From Spirochaetia bacterium (GTDB taxonomy: Bacteria; Spirochaetota; Spirochaetia; SZUA-6; Bin103), in the NCBI GenBank assembly GCA_965208575.1, contig CBDBOV010000002.1, forward strand, positions 640,001-704,000: a DNA stretch of 64,000 bases, in the 5' to 3' direction. The notes under the pieces are model-generated. The model made no database searches. It was not told the DNA's origin and saw only the letters and a program-made list of their open reading frames with translations. Within the stretch, counting starts at the first letter, position 1, and each line of letters begins with the position of its first letter. Position numbers and translations under genes: made by a program. This document shows, piece by piece, positions 1 through 10,652 of the stretch.

Positions 1-12
1 TGCCTACCGCGC

Positions 13-411
13 TCATTGCGGAACGGCGGCGCGGATGCGGTCCGCCTCGGCGGCGAGCGCGTCGTCACCCGGGAAAGGGGTGACGTTGGCGAAGTCCATG
101 TCGTGCATGCCGTCGATCGGGCTCACGTGGATGTGCACGTGCGGCACTTCCAGCCCGGCGATCAGCAGCCCCACCTTGGTCGGCCGGTACACCGCCTCCT
201 GCGCGCGGGCTACGATGCGCGCCACCCGCATCAGCGCCGCAACGGTGTCGTCGTCGAGGTCGATCCAGTGATCCACCTCGACCCGCGGCACCACCAGGGT
301 GTGCCCGGGACGCAGCGGTTCGCGCGCCATGAAGGCGACGCACGATTCGTCCTGCCATACGAAGTGGGCCGGCAGCTCGCCGGCGATGATACGGGTGAAC
401 ACGCTTGCCAT
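13..411 (-). CDS. HIT family nucleotide hydrolase
   Basis: MASVFTRIIAGELP N-terminus, GHTLVVP, and histidine triad HVHIH. Start refined to ATG 411 within ORF 13..621. Confidence 0.92.
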   Translation of the reverse strand: MASVFTRIIAGELPAHFVWQDESCVAFMAREPLRPGHTLVVPRVEVDHWIDLDDDTVAALMRVARIVARAQEAVYRPTKVGLLIAGLEVPHVHIHVSPIDGMHDMDFANVTPFPGDDALAAEADRIRAAVPQ

Positions 412-475
412 CGCCGGACAGTGTACATTGCCGGGCGCGGTAACCTGTATCGGTGGCGCGGGGAGGCCGAATGGG

Positions 476-1420
476 ATGATTGAACGACTCGAGGTGCGCA
501 AGATCTGGAACCGGGCCGCGTACAACTCCTTCACCGACCTCATTCGGTTCCGCCGGCGCTGGTTTTGCGCGTTCCGGGAGGGAACCGGGCATCTCTCGCT
601 TGACGGTGCGTTGCGAGTCATTTCGTCCGTGGACGGCGAGACCTGGAGCTCGGTTGCATCGATACCCTGTCCGGAGACGTTTCAGGATCTGCGCGATCCG
701 CAACTGTCGATCACCCCCGACAACCGGCTGATGCTGAACGCGGCGGCGTTCCAACCGGTGTGCCAGTCGATGATGTGGCTGTCGGATGATGGTTGCGACT
801 GGGGGACGCATCACCTGGTCGGCCCCCGTGGGAGCTGGCTGTGGCGCGCCGTCTGGCACCGCGGTGTCGCCTACAGCTTCGGGCGCCACGAACCCAAGGA
901 TCACCTGCTGCAGTTGTACCGCAGCACCGACGGTGTCGAGTACCGGGCGCACGGCGAGCCGCGGGTCGGCGCCTGCCCATGCAATGAGTCGGACGTTCTG
1001 TTCCTGGACGATGCGACGTGCGTGAGCCTGACCCGTTGTGACGGCGGCAACGCCGTGCTCGGGAAAGCCGCTCCGCCGTACGACACCTGGACGTGGACCG
1101 ACCTGGGGGTACGCATCGGCGGTCCCGCCTTGTTGCGCCTGCCGGATGGACGCACGATCGCCGCGGTACGCCTGTACGAGCCCCGGCAGCGAACCGCGCT
1201 GTGCCGGCTCGACATCGAGAGCGCCGCGCTGACGGAGTTCCTGACGCTGCCCTCCGGCGGTGACACCAGCTATGCCGGCATGGTGTGGCACGACGGCCTG
1301 CTGTGGCTGAGCTACTACTCTTCCGACGACTACCTGGCCAGCATGAAGGGCGCAATCCGGGACCACCTCAAGACCAGCGTGTACCTGGCCAAGGTCCAAC
1401 TCCAGCCGCCGGCAGAGTAG
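476..1420 (+). CDS. sialidase-like / BNR Asp-box beta-propeller protein
   Basis: NSFTDLIRF-like start and Asp-box motifs SVDGETW, SDDGCDW, STDGVEY; GGDTSYAG near the C-terminus. No signal peptide. Confidence 0.7.
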   Translation: MIERLEVRKIWNRAAYNSFTDLIRFRRRWFCAFREGTGHLSLDGALRVISSVDGETWSSVASIPCPETFQDLRDPQLSITPDNRLMLNAAAFQPVCQSMMWLSDDGCDWGTHHLVGPRGSWLWRAVWHRGVAYSFGRHEPKDHLLQLYRSTDGVEYRAHGEPRVGACPCNESDVLFLDDATCVSLTRCDGGNAVLGKAAPPYDTWTWTDLGVRIGGPALLRLPDGRTIAAVRLYEPRQRTALCRLDIESAALTEFLTLPSGGDTSYAGMVWHDGLLWLSYYSSDDYLASMKGAIRDHLKTSVYLAKVQLQPPAE

Positions 1421-1581
1421 GCCGGTGGGCCGGGGTCGGCGACCGCAGGGCGGCCGGTGCGGGGCGCTCTCGCCGATCGTACGACGGCGAGCCGGCAGGT
1501 CGGGCACGACCGGGCCGTCCGACTGCACCAGCGCCGCGCGAGGCGCCGAGCCGCGCCGGGGCTGCCGCCGGTGGCCATGGA

Positions 1582-2061
1582 TCATTCGGCCAGCTTCGAT
1601 CCCTCCACCAGGCGGACACCCGCACCCGGCACCGCGCGGTCGCACGCGGGGCAGAAGTAGCCCACCCGGATCGGCGTTCCGCAGGCCTCGTGCACCAGCG
1701 CTCCGCGGTCGGACAGGTGCTTGCGGCCCCACACCGCGAGCGCGCCCGCCACCACGCCCAGCTCGTGCCCGCGCCGGGTCAGGGTGTACTCGGCGCGCGG
1801 CGGGTGCCGGCTGTAGAAGCGGCGCTCCACGATGCCGTGCCGTTCCAGCCGCTTGAGCCGGTGCGAGAGGATGTTGGGGGCGATTCCGGACACGCGCCGG
1901 CGCAACTCGGCGAAGCGCAGGAAGCCGCGCAGCAGCTCCAGCAGGATCAGCACCGTCCAGCGGTCGCCGACGATCTCCAGCGCCCGCGCCACGGGAGCGA
2001 GACGCCGGTCGCCGGTGGTTTCGACCCCCTCGACCTCTGCGGCTGCCGCGTGAGTTGACAT
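1582..2061 (-). CDS. HxlR-family winged-helix transcriptional regulator
   Basis: ALEIVGDRWTVLIL, LSHRLKRL, EYTLT motifs, plus a C-terminal HxxCG...CPAC extension. Confidence 0.9.
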   Translation of the reverse strand: MSTHAAAAEVEGVETTGDRRLAPVARALEIVGDRWTVLILLELLRGFLRFAELRRRVSGIAPNILSHRLKRLERHGIVERRFYSRHPPRAEYTLTRRGHELGVVAGALAVWGRKHLSDRGALVHEACGTPIRVGYFCPACDRAVPGAGVRLVEGSKLAE

Positions 2062-2084
2062 TCGCTACTTGGTTGCATTCTAAT
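2055..2084 (+). promoter_or_regulatory. putative sigma70 promoter of the ABC transporter operon
   Basis: TTGACA (2055-2060), 18-nt spacer, TCTAAT (2079-2084) in an AT-rich patch overlapping the divergent hxlR start. Confidence 0.5.
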
Positions 2085-2121
2085 ATCGACAGGCAGTTCC
2101 GTCCAGTGGCGGCGCCTCCGG

Positions 2122-2897
<776 letters not shown>

Positions 2898-2898
<1 letters not shown>

Positions 2899-3686
2899 TG
2901 CCGGCGGCCTGGCCACGCCCGCCGGCGCCGCCGGCGGCGGCGCTGCTGCCCACCGTAATCAGCCTGCTGCTGGTGGGCGTGGTGTGGGAAGCGTGGATCG
3001 CGCTGGCCGGAACCCCGGTCTACCTGGTGCCCGCCCCGTCGGCGGTGGCGGCGCGCATGGGCGTACAGCCCGGTTACTTCCTCGGGCAGGGTGCGATCAC
3101 CCTGGCGGAGGCGCTCGGCGGCTTCCTGCTCGGCACCGGCGTGGCGCTTGCCGCCGCCACGGCGATGGCCCACTCGCTGGCCCTGGAGCGCGCCCTGCTG
3201 CCGCTGGCGGTGCTGGTCAAGGTGACGCCGATCGTGGCGGTGGCGCCGCTGTTCGTGATCTGGTTCGGGTTCGGGGTGCTGCCCAAGGTGCTGATCGCGG
3301 CGCTGATCACCTTCTTTCCCGCGCTGGTGAACGGGGTCACCGGCCTGCGCGCGGTCAACCCGGGGGCGCTCGACTTCCTGCGCTCGGTGGCGGCGTCGCG
3401 GCGCGAGGTGTTCTTTACCCTGCGCGTGCCGAGCGCCCTGCCCTACCTGTTCGCGGCGTTTCGGGTGTCGATCCCGTTGTCGGTGATCGGCGCCGTGGTA
3501 GGGGAGTGGTTCAGCGCCGACCGCGGCCTGGGGGCGGTGATCATCGTCGCCCATGCGAATCTCGACACCCCGACCCTGTTCGGGGCGATCTTTACCCTGG
3601 CGGGGATGGGCATCGGCCTGAGCCTGGCCGTCTCCGCACTGGAACGGAGGATACTGTTTTGGCACGAATCGACTCTCATCGTGTGA
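2898..3686 (+). CDS. ABC transporter permease (NitT/TauT/ThiX-like)
   Basis: Hydrophobic helices, TPIVAVAPL and VVGEW motifs; TGATG overlap with the upstream ATPase gene. Confidence 0.9.
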
Positions 3687-4849
3687 CGCCCGGCCTGTCG
3701 GCCGGCCCGATCGTCGGCGCCGTCCGGCGAACTCCACGCATCGGTGGGCCCGGCGGTGGTCCGCGCGGGGCGACCAGGCGTGCCGGTTCGCGGAGCGGCC
3801 TGGTGAGCCGGGGACCAGCGGCGCGGCGGCGGCAAGCCGGGCGGCGGTGGGTGGCCCTGCTGCTGCTGGCGGCGCCCCTGCCCGCCGCTTACGCGGGCGG
3901 CGAAGTGGAGATAACGCCGCTGCCGCGGCCGGTGACCTTCATGGCGGGCTTCAAGCCGCAGGCCAACCTGCCGTTCGTGGCCGCCTACGTGGCGCAGGAG
4001 CAAGGCTATTTCGCCGAACAGGGGCTGGACGTGACCATCCACCACTCCACCGGCCAGCACCTGCAACTCCTGCTGTCCGGCGACGTCGACATCACCACCG
4101 CCGCGGCCGGATCGGTGCTGAAGCGGCGCGCCGATCCGGGCGTCCCGATCCGGGCGATCGCGCTGTTCGGGCAGCGCGGACAGCAGACCTTCATTGCCCT
4201 CTCCGACTCCGGCATCGACAGTCCGCGCGACTGGGAGGGCAGGACGGTCGGCTACCGCATCAGCCTGCCGCCCGAGTACCTGGCGATCGTGGATGCGGCC
4301 GGCGTCGACCGCGAGCAGGTGCAGGAGGTGCGGGTCGGCTTCGACCCCCGCATCCTGGTGCAGGGCAAGGTGGACGTGCTGGCGGTGTTCAAGTCGAACG
4401 AGCCCGACACCATTCGGGGGCTCGGCTTCGACGTGGTGCAGTTCGATCCGTCCGCGTTCGGCGTGCCGGCGCTCGGCCTGACCTACATCACGCGCGAGGA
4501 GCTGATCGCCGAGGAGCCCGAGTTGATCGGCCGCTTCCTGAAGGCCGCGCTGAAGGGGCTGGAGTTCTCCTTCTCCCACCCCAAGGAGACCCTGGACATC
4601 GTGCTGCGCTACGCCGACAAGGAAGACCGCGACCACATGCGCTTCATGCTCGAGGCGGAGCAGGCGGACGCGGTGTCGCCGGTGACCGACGAACACGGGT
4701 TGGGTTGGATGACGCTGCAGCAGTGGCGGGAGTTCCACGACCTGCTGGCCCACTACCAGGCGCTGGCGCGCGAGGTGGACGTGGCGCAGGCGTTCACCAC
4801 CCAGTTCCTGGAGGAAGCGTACGAAAACGGGCACCTGGTGTGGCCGTGA
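3683..4849 (+). CDS. ABC substrate-binding protein, NMT1/THI5-like
   Basis: QEQGYFAEQGLDVTI and SGIDSPRDWEGRTVG motifs. Start uncertain (GTG 3683 coupled to the permease stop, or GTG 3851). Confidence 0.85.
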   Translation: MTPGLSAGPIVGAVRRTPRIGGPGGGPRGATRRAGSRSGLVSRGPAARRRQAGRRWVALLLLAAPLPAAYAGGEVEITPLPRPVTFMAGFKPQANLPFVAAYVAQEQGYFAEQGLDVTIHHSTGQHLQLLLSGDVDITTAAAGSVLKRRADPGVPIRAIALFGQRGQQTFIALSDSGIDSPRDWEGRTVGYRISLPPEYLAIVDAAGVDREQVQEVRVGFDPRILVQGKVDVLAVFKSNEPDTIRGLGFDVVQFDPSAFGVPALGLTYITREELIAEEPELIGRFLKAALKGLEFSFSHPKETLDIVLRYADKEDRDHMRFMLEAEQADAVSPVTDEHGLGWMTLQQWREFHDLLAHYQALAREVDVAQAFTTQFLEEAYENGHLVWP

Positions 4850-4899
4850 CGCGGGCGGCGCGCCTGACGTAAGCTTGGCCGCCGCAGGGAGATGAGCCG

Positions 4900-5787
4900 A
4901 TGAAACTGGGAGTCGTGTTTCCGCAGATCGAGATGGGCGCCGACCCGGGCGCGGTGCGCGCCTACGGGCAGGCGGTGGAGCAGATCGGCTACCACCACAT
5001 CCTGGCCTACGAGCACGTGGTGGGCGCCAACACCGCCAGCCGGCCGAACTGGCGCGGGCCGTACGACATCGACTCGGTGTTCCACGAACCGTTCGTGCTG
5101 TTCGGGTTCCTGGCCGGCCTCACCGAGCGCATAGAGTTCGCCACCGGCATCGTGATCCTGCCGCAGCGCCAGACGGTGCTGGTGGCCAAGCAGGCGGCGG
5201 CGCTCGACGTGCTGTGCGGCGGGCGGCTGCGGCTCGGCATCGGTATCGGCTGGAACGCCGTCGAGTACGAGGCGCTCGGCACCGACTTTCACAACCGCGG
5301 GCGCCGCTGCGAGGAGCAGGTGGCGCTGCTGCGCGCGCTGTGGACCGAGCGCGCGGTGACCTTCGACGGCGCCTGGCACCGGGTCACCGACGCCGGCATC
5401 GAGCCGTTGCCGGTGCAGCGACCCATTCCGCTCTGGTTCGGCGGCGGCGAGGAGCGCGTGCTGCGCCGCATCGCCCGCCTGGCGGACGGCTGGATGCCGC
5501 AGTTCGAGCCGGACGCCGACGGCCGCGCACTGCTGGCGCGCATGCAGGGCTACGCACGCGAGCATGGCCGCGACCCGGCGGAAATCGGGCTCAATGGGCG
5601 CATGCCCGCCGACCCCGGTTCGGAGAGCGGCTGGGTCGACCGCGTGCGGGCGTGGCGGGAGATCGGCGGCACCCACCTGAGCATCGACACGATGCGCCTC
5701 GGCCTGCCGGACGTGGAGTCCCACGTCCGCCTGCTGGAGCGTTTCCACGCCGCCGCGGCTGAAGCGGCCGAGAGCGGCTCGGCCTGA
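4900..5787 (+). CDS. LLM-class (luciferase-like) probably F420-dependent oxidoreductase
   Basis: MKLGVVFPQ, EHVVG, HEPFVL, ILPQRQTVLVAKQAA, GIGIGWNAVEYEALG, ADGW motifs; RBS GGGAG upstream. Confidence 0.88.
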   Translation: MKLGVVFPQIEMGADPGAVRAYGQAVEQIGYHHILAYEHVVGANTASRPNWRGPYDIDSVFHEPFVLFGFLAGLTERIEFATGIVILPQRQTVLVAKQAAALDVLCGGRLRLGIGIGWNAVEYEALGTDFHNRGRRCEEQVALLRALWTERAVTFDGAWHRVTDAGIEPLPVQRPIPLWFGGGEERVLRRIARLADGWMPQFEPDADGRALLARMQGYAREHGRDPAEIGLNGRMPADPGSESGWVDRVRAWREIGGTHLSIDTMRLGLPDVESHVRLLERFHAAAAEAAESGSA

Positions 5788-5960
5788 GCCCGCCAGGAGC
5801 CGGTCGGACAGCGCGGTACGCGCATGGCGGCGGACCGGCGGCGGGATCCTGGCAGAGGTACGGGCTTGCTGGTCAGTACGGCGAGAGGTGCGAGGCGGCG
5901 ACCGGAAGGCGAATCGGCGACGGCGGGCGCGATGCGGCGTGAACCGCCGCGCGGTGGGGA

Positions 5961-6044
5961 TGCCCGGAAGAGGACTCGAACCTCCACAGCCGTACGGCCA
6001 CTAGACCCTGAACCTAGCGTGTCTACCAATTTCACCATCCGGGC
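5961..6044 (-). tRNA. tRNA-Leu(CAG)
   Basis: Reverse complement folds with acceptor GCCCGGA/TCCGGGC, D loop with TGGTA, anticodon loop TT-CAG-GG, long variable arm and GGTTCGAGTCC. CCA not encoded. Confidence 0.95.
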
Positions 6045-6194
6045 AGGATGAGCCTCGACAAGGTACGGACGCGCCGCGATCCTGTCAATATCCCGACCCG
6101 CCTTGCGACCGCCTTGCGCCGCAAGTGTCGCCGGTGTTTCGGATGACCGGTTCGGCGGCGTCGTCGTTCGCTGATGTGCGTGCTCGGCTGGTGT

Positions 6195-6599
6195 CTATTG
6201 CCGGGGGCTGGCGGCGCCGGAGGCCGGCACGGGCTCCTGGCGCGTTTCACGCGCCGGCGGCGGCTCGGTGGGCGGCTCCGGGCGCCATGGCCCCAACACC
6301 GCCCCTTCGATGCGCGACAGGCGGCGGTCGATATCCGTCACGTCCCGCCTGAGGACGTCCAAGGTCGCCTCCACGCGGTCGAATCGCTGTTCAAATCGTT
6401 GTTCCATGCGGTCCATGCGCTGTTCCATGCGATCCATGCGCTGTTCCATCCGGTCCATGCGCTGATCCATCCGGTCCATGCGGGCATTCAGGGTAGCCAG
6501 TGTGGCGCGGTGCGCGCCCAGCAACGCGAATCCGAACGTCAGAACCGCGGCCAACAGCGTCACCCCGGCGCCCAGCACCGCGATGGTATCGCCGCTCAT
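6195..6599 (-). CDS. membrane-anchored heptad-repeat coiled-coil protein
   Basis: N-terminal hydrophobic helix followed by (MDRM[D/E]QR)x4 and a Pro-rich tail. Confidence 0.75.
   Translation of the reverse strand: MSGDTIAVLGAGVTLLAAVLTFGFALLGAHRATLATLNARMDRMDQRMDRMEQRMDRMEQRMDRMEQRFEQRFDRVEATLDVLRRDVTDIDRRLSRIEGAVLGPWRPEPPTEPPPARETRQEPVPASGAASPRQ
6396..6479 (-). repeat. coding tandem repeat, 4 x 21 bp
   Basis: Near-identical 21-bp units encoding MDRMEQR. Confidence 0.85.
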
Positions 6600-6742
6600 G
6601 CCGTCATCACCTTGTCACCGGATGATCCCAGCATTCACCGGTTGAGAGGGTGGCGCCACCCACGCAGCCGCGTGTCCTCGCGTGTCCGCACGTCCCTGTC
6701 GCTTCCTCCATGCCGCTCGGTGCTATTATCTTGCGCACTACC

Positions 6743-8398
6743 ATGCGTCGAATACTCGTTACCAGCGCGTTGCCGTATGCCAACGGCGCCATCCATCTCG
6801 GCCACCTGTTCGAGCACATCCAGACCGACATCTGGGTGCGCTACCAGCGCATGGCCGGCAACGAGTGCATCTACGTGTGCGCCGACGACGCCCATGGCAC
6901 CGCCACCATGCTGCTCGCCGAGCAGACCGGCACCACCTCGGAGGAGTTGATCGAGCCGCTGCGCGCCGCCCACGCCGACGATTTCCGGCGCTTCCACATC
7001 AGCCACGACAACTACTACAGCACTCACTCGCCCGAGAACGAGCACTACGCGACCCTGATCTACCGCCGCCTGGCGGAGAAGGGATTGATCTTCACCGGCG
7101 AGGTGGAGCAGCTCTACGACCCGGAGCGCGGCCTGTTCCTGGCCGACCGGCACGTGCGCGGCACCTGCCCGCGCTGCGGCGCCGCCGAGCAGCCCGGAGA
7201 CAACTGCGACACCTGCGGCGCCACCTACGATGCCACCGAGCTCGGCGAGCCGCGCTCGCTGCTGTCCGACGCCGCCCCGGTGCGCAAGGCGTCGCTGCAC
7301 TACTTCTTCGACCTGCCGCGGTTCACCGGCTATCTGAAGGAGTGGACCGCCACCGACGCCGTGCAGCCGGAGGTGACCAACAAGCTCGCCGAGTGGCTCG
7401 GCGACGGCCTCAAGCCGTGGGACATCAGCCGCGACGCCCCCTACTTCGGCTTCCGCATCCCGGACACCGAGGACAAGTACTTCTACGTCTGGATGGACGC
7501 ACCGATCGGCTACATCGCCAGCTTCCGCAACTACTGCGATCGCACCGAGGGGCTCTCCTTCGACGACTTCTGGAGCCCCGGCAGCAGCGCCGAGGTGCAC
7601 CACTTCATCGGCAAGGACATCATCAACTTCCACGCCCTGTTCTGGCCGTCGGTGCTGTCCGGCGCAGACTTCCGCACCCCGACCAGGGTGCGCACGCACG
7701 GCTTCATTACCGTCGGCGGCACCCGCATGTCCAAGTCGCGCGGCACCTTCATCAACGCTTCCACCTATCTCGATCACCTCGACCCCGAGTACCTGCGCTA
7801 CTACTTCGCCACCAAGCTGGCGCCCAACACCGACGACGTCGACGTGAACCTGGACGACTTCGTGCAGCGGGTGAACTCCGACCTGGTGGGCAAGGTGGTC
7901 AACATCGCCTCCCGCTGCGCCGGCTTCATTGCAAAGCAGTTCGACGGCAGGCTCGCGGGGGCGATCCACGACCGGGAATTGTGGGGCGAGGTCTCCGGCG
8001 CCGGCGAGCGCATCGGCGAGTTGTACGAGAGCGGCGACGTGAGCCGGGCGGTGCGCGAGATCACCGCGCTCGCCGACCGCACCAACGCCTACATCGCCGA
8101 CCGCGAGCCGTGGAAGCACGCCAGGGATCCGGAGCGCCGCGAAGAGGTGCACGGCGTCTGCTCGCTCGGCATCAACGCCTTCCGCGCGCTCATGGGCTAC
8201 CTGAAGCCGATCCTGCCGGCCATGGCCGCCCGCGCGGAGGCGTTCCTGAACAGCGGCGAGCTGACCTGGGCCGACGCCGCCGAGCCGCTGCTCGACCACC
8301 CGATCGCCAGGTTCAAGCCGCTGATCACCCGCATGGACCGCAAGGAGATCGACAAGGTAGTCGAAGCCACCAAGGCCGAGCCCGACGTCCACCACTAG
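6743..8398 (+). CDS. metG: methionine--tRNA ligase (short form, no C-terminal tRNA-binding domain)
   Basis: TSALPYANG, HLGH, CADDAHGT, CxxC knuckle, WDISRDAPYFG, FYVW, HFIGKDI, RMSKS. Confidence 0.97.
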   Translation: MRRILVTSALPYANGAIHLGHLFEHIQTDIWVRYQRMAGNECIYVCADDAHGTATMLLAEQTGTTSEELIEPLRAAHADDFRRFHISHDNYYSTHSPENEHYATLIYRRLAEKGLIFTGEVEQLYDPERGLFLADRHVRGTCPRCGAAEQPGDNCDTCGATYDATELGEPRSLLSDAAPVRKASLHYFFDLPRFTGYLKEWTATDAVQPEVTNKLAEWLGDGLKPWDISRDAPYFGFRIPDTEDKYFYVWMDAPIGYIASFRNYCDRTEGLSFDDFWSPGSSAEVHHFIGKDIINFHALFWPSVLSGADFRTPTRVRTHGFITVGGTRMSKSRGTFINASTYLDHLDPEYLRYYFATKLAPNTDDVDVNLDDFVQRVNSDLVGKVVNIASRCAGFIAKQFDGRLAGAIHDRELWGEVSGAGERIGELYESGDVSRAVREITALADRTNAYIADREPWKHARDPERREEVHGVCSLGINAFRALMGYLKPILPAMAARAEAFLNSGELTWADAAEPLLDHPIARFKPLITRMDRKEIDKVVEATKAEPDVHH

Positions 8399-8448
8399 CG
8401 CCCCGAGATCGCCGCCCGCGGCGGCGCTGCCGGCGCAACCAGCCTGCC

Positions 8449-8997
8449 TCAGGTCTCTTCGAGCAGGGCGGCGAGCCGGCGGACGGTGTTGTGGTTGCGG
8501 ATGGTGACCTGCTGGTAGATGGGGTGCGCCGGCAGCTTGACGAAGGCGGAGCGGGTGACACGCGTCTTCTCCGCTGACCAGAAGACTGCCCCGGGACCGG
8601 CTGCAACCGTTTCCAGCTCCTCCTTGATGGGTGGGATGCTTGCCAGCACTTGCGCCGGCGTCGTTCCGGCGAGGGTGAACAGGGCGTTGTGACGCCAGGC
8701 GGGATCCTTGCCCCAGGTGACCGGCGCGGCATTGAGGAGGGCGCGGTAGTCGGCGTATGACAGCACGACGGCGCGCGCCGCGTAGGCGAAGCGCTCGGAC
8801 AGGCCCGCTTCGACACGCGCGGTCAGTTGCTGCTTCTCCCCCGAGCGCGCCCGGAACACGATGTTCCCGCTTTGGATGTAGGTACGCACGTTGCTGAAGC
8901 CCAGGTCCTCGAAGCAGCGGCGCAGGTCGTCCTTGGCGATGATGTTGTTGCCGCCGACGTTGATGCCGCGCAGCAACGCGAGGTAGCGCTCGGCCAT
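8449..8997 (-). CDS. DUF1697 domain protein
   Basis: YLALLRGINVGG, VRTYIQSGNIVF, TIRN motifs. Confidence 0.9.
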   Translation of the reverse strand: MAERYLALLRGINVGGNNIIAKDDLRRCFEDLGFSNVRTYIQSGNIVFRARSGEKQQLTARVEAGLSERFAYAARAVVLSYADYRALLNAAPVTWGKDPAWRHNALFTLAGTTPAQVLASIPPIKEELETVAAGPGAVFWSAEKTRVTRSAFVKLPAHPIYQQVTIRNHNTVRRLAALLEET

Positions 8998-9094
8998 TGC
9001 TACCCGACCCGGGCCACACCGGCGACGCTCGGTCCGCCAGTAGCCACGCAGCCGCAGCCGGCGCCGGGGCAGTTCGGGACGATGACGCTGCTTC

Positions 9095-9466
9095 TCACCG
9101 CGTCTCCTGTTCCCTGGCCTTGGCCGCCGCCCAGATCCGCTTCGCGTCCTCCGTGGTCACCTCGGTGCCGTCGAACACGAACGGCTTGCGGCGCCGCATC
9201 TTGGCCACCACGCCGTCGAACACCTCGTGCGCTGCAAAGTGCCCGCTGCGTTCCGCCAGCAGCGCGCACATCACCACGTCCCACAGCAGGTCGCCCAACT
9301 CCTCCTTGAGGTTGTCGCGGTCCCCGTTGGCAATCGCGAGCAGCACCTCGTCCGCCTCCGAACGCAGTTCGCGAGCGTAGCGTTCCGCGGTCTGCGCCGT
9401 GGTCCACGGGCATCGTGCCAGCACCTTGCGCGCGGCGTCGGCAAGGCCGGCGAAGCTCTCCGTCAT
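9095..9466 (-). CDS. MazG nucleotide pyrophosphohydrolase domain protein
   Basis: CPWTTAQT, EADEV, EELGDLLW, KMRRRKPFVF. Alternative start at 9505. Confidence 0.88.
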   Translation of the reverse strand: MTESFAGLADAARKVLARCPWTTAQTAERYARELRSEADEVLLAIANGDRDNLKEELGDLLWDVVMCALLAERSGHFAAHEVFDGVVAKMRRRKPFVFDGTEVTTEDAKRIWAAAKAREQETR

Positions 9467-9633
9467 CGCCGAGCAACCGGCGGTCCGAGGTGGTTCCATC
9501 ATCATGTGCCGAGCATCATAGCGGGCTTGCGGAAATCACTCACGGGTGTGCCCGCCAAGAGTCATCTGCCGGCGCGGGCTCGTTCGGTGGCTAGCGGCGT
9601 CCATCGCCTGCGGCGACAGAAGGGGCCGGTATC

Positions 9634-10431
9634 TCACCAGTCATCCTTGCGCGCGCGCGCCTCGTACAACAGGATCGCCGCCGCTGCCGCCACGTTCAGG
9701 GAGTCGGCGGCGCCGAGCATCGGAATCGCGACACGGCGAAAGCCCTGCTCCGTCCACGCCGGGGACAGGCCGAACCGCTCGCTGCCGAAGACCAACGCGG
9801 TGCGCCCTCGGACATCGAGCTGCCGGTAGTGCCCGCCGCCGCCGGGAGCAACGAGGTGGACAGCGCAGCCGTGCTCCCGGAGCCACGCAATCGCATCCTC
9901 CGCGCGGGTGAATTCGACCTGCGGTACCTTCAGGCTCATGCCGTGGCTGGCGCGGAACACCTGCGGGTGGCTCACACGTGCGCGCCCAGTCGTGATCATC
10001 ACCAGATCGACACCAGCGCCGTCCGCGGTGCGCAGCAGGGTGCCGAGATTGCCCGGGTTCTCCAGGCCGTCGGCAACCGCGATCAGCGCCCGTTCGCCGA
10101 CGCGCACCTCATCAAGCGACCATCGCGGCACGCGCACCACGGCAAGGAGCCCCTCGGGAGCGTCCCGCTCAGTGACGCGGTGCATACTCCTGGCCGATAG
10201 CTGATACGCGGACGCGGCGCGTTCGGCGGCCGCTGCCGCGCACGACCGCGCGCTGTCCGAGTGGATCAGTTCAGGACAGCAGAAGAACCGGTCGATCGGG
10301 GTCCCGAGTCGCAGCACCAGTTGCACGGCCCACAGCCCCTCGGCCGCCACCCGGCTGTCTACCGACGCCACGCTGCCGCGCCGGATGCGCAGCAGCTCCC
10401 TGAACGCCGGATGCCCTGCTCCGATCGCCAT
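9634..10431 (-). CDS. TrmH/SpoU family RNA methyltransferase
   Basis: ENPGNLGTLLRTADGAG, VFGSERFGL, IPMLGAADSLNVA. Confidence 0.92.
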   Translation of the reverse strand: MAIGAGHPAFRELLRIRRGSVASVDSRVAAEGLWAVQLVLRLGTPIDRFFCCPELIHSDSARSCAAAAAERAASAYQLSARSMHRVTERDAPEGLLAVVRVPRWSLDEVRVGERALIAVADGLENPGNLGTLLRTADGAGVDLVMITTGRARVSHPQVFRASHGMSLKVPQVEFTRAEDAIAWLREHGCAVHLVAPGGGGHYRQLDVRGRTALVFGSERFGLSPAWTEQGFRRVAIPMLGAADSLNVAAAAAILLYEARARKDDW

Positions 10432-10652
10432 GCCGAGCGGCCGGCCGTCACCACCGCTTGCGCGTGCCTCACCGCTCGGCGGCCACTCTCTCAGGGCCAC
10501 CGATCGCCACCCGCGATGGCACGACCGACCCCGGGTCGGCTCCCCAGGGGCGTCTCGGAAGCCGCTCGCTTCATCGTTCCGGTGTCACGGAGACCGGGCC
10601 GTGCGTGCCGCTTGGACGCCGCGCCGCCGGCGGCGGAAGGGATCGAAGGTAC

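Noticed and set aside
2062-2121. TPP riboswitch ahead of the ThiXYZ-like transporter
   Set aside because: The gap is too short and lacks the CTGAGA core.
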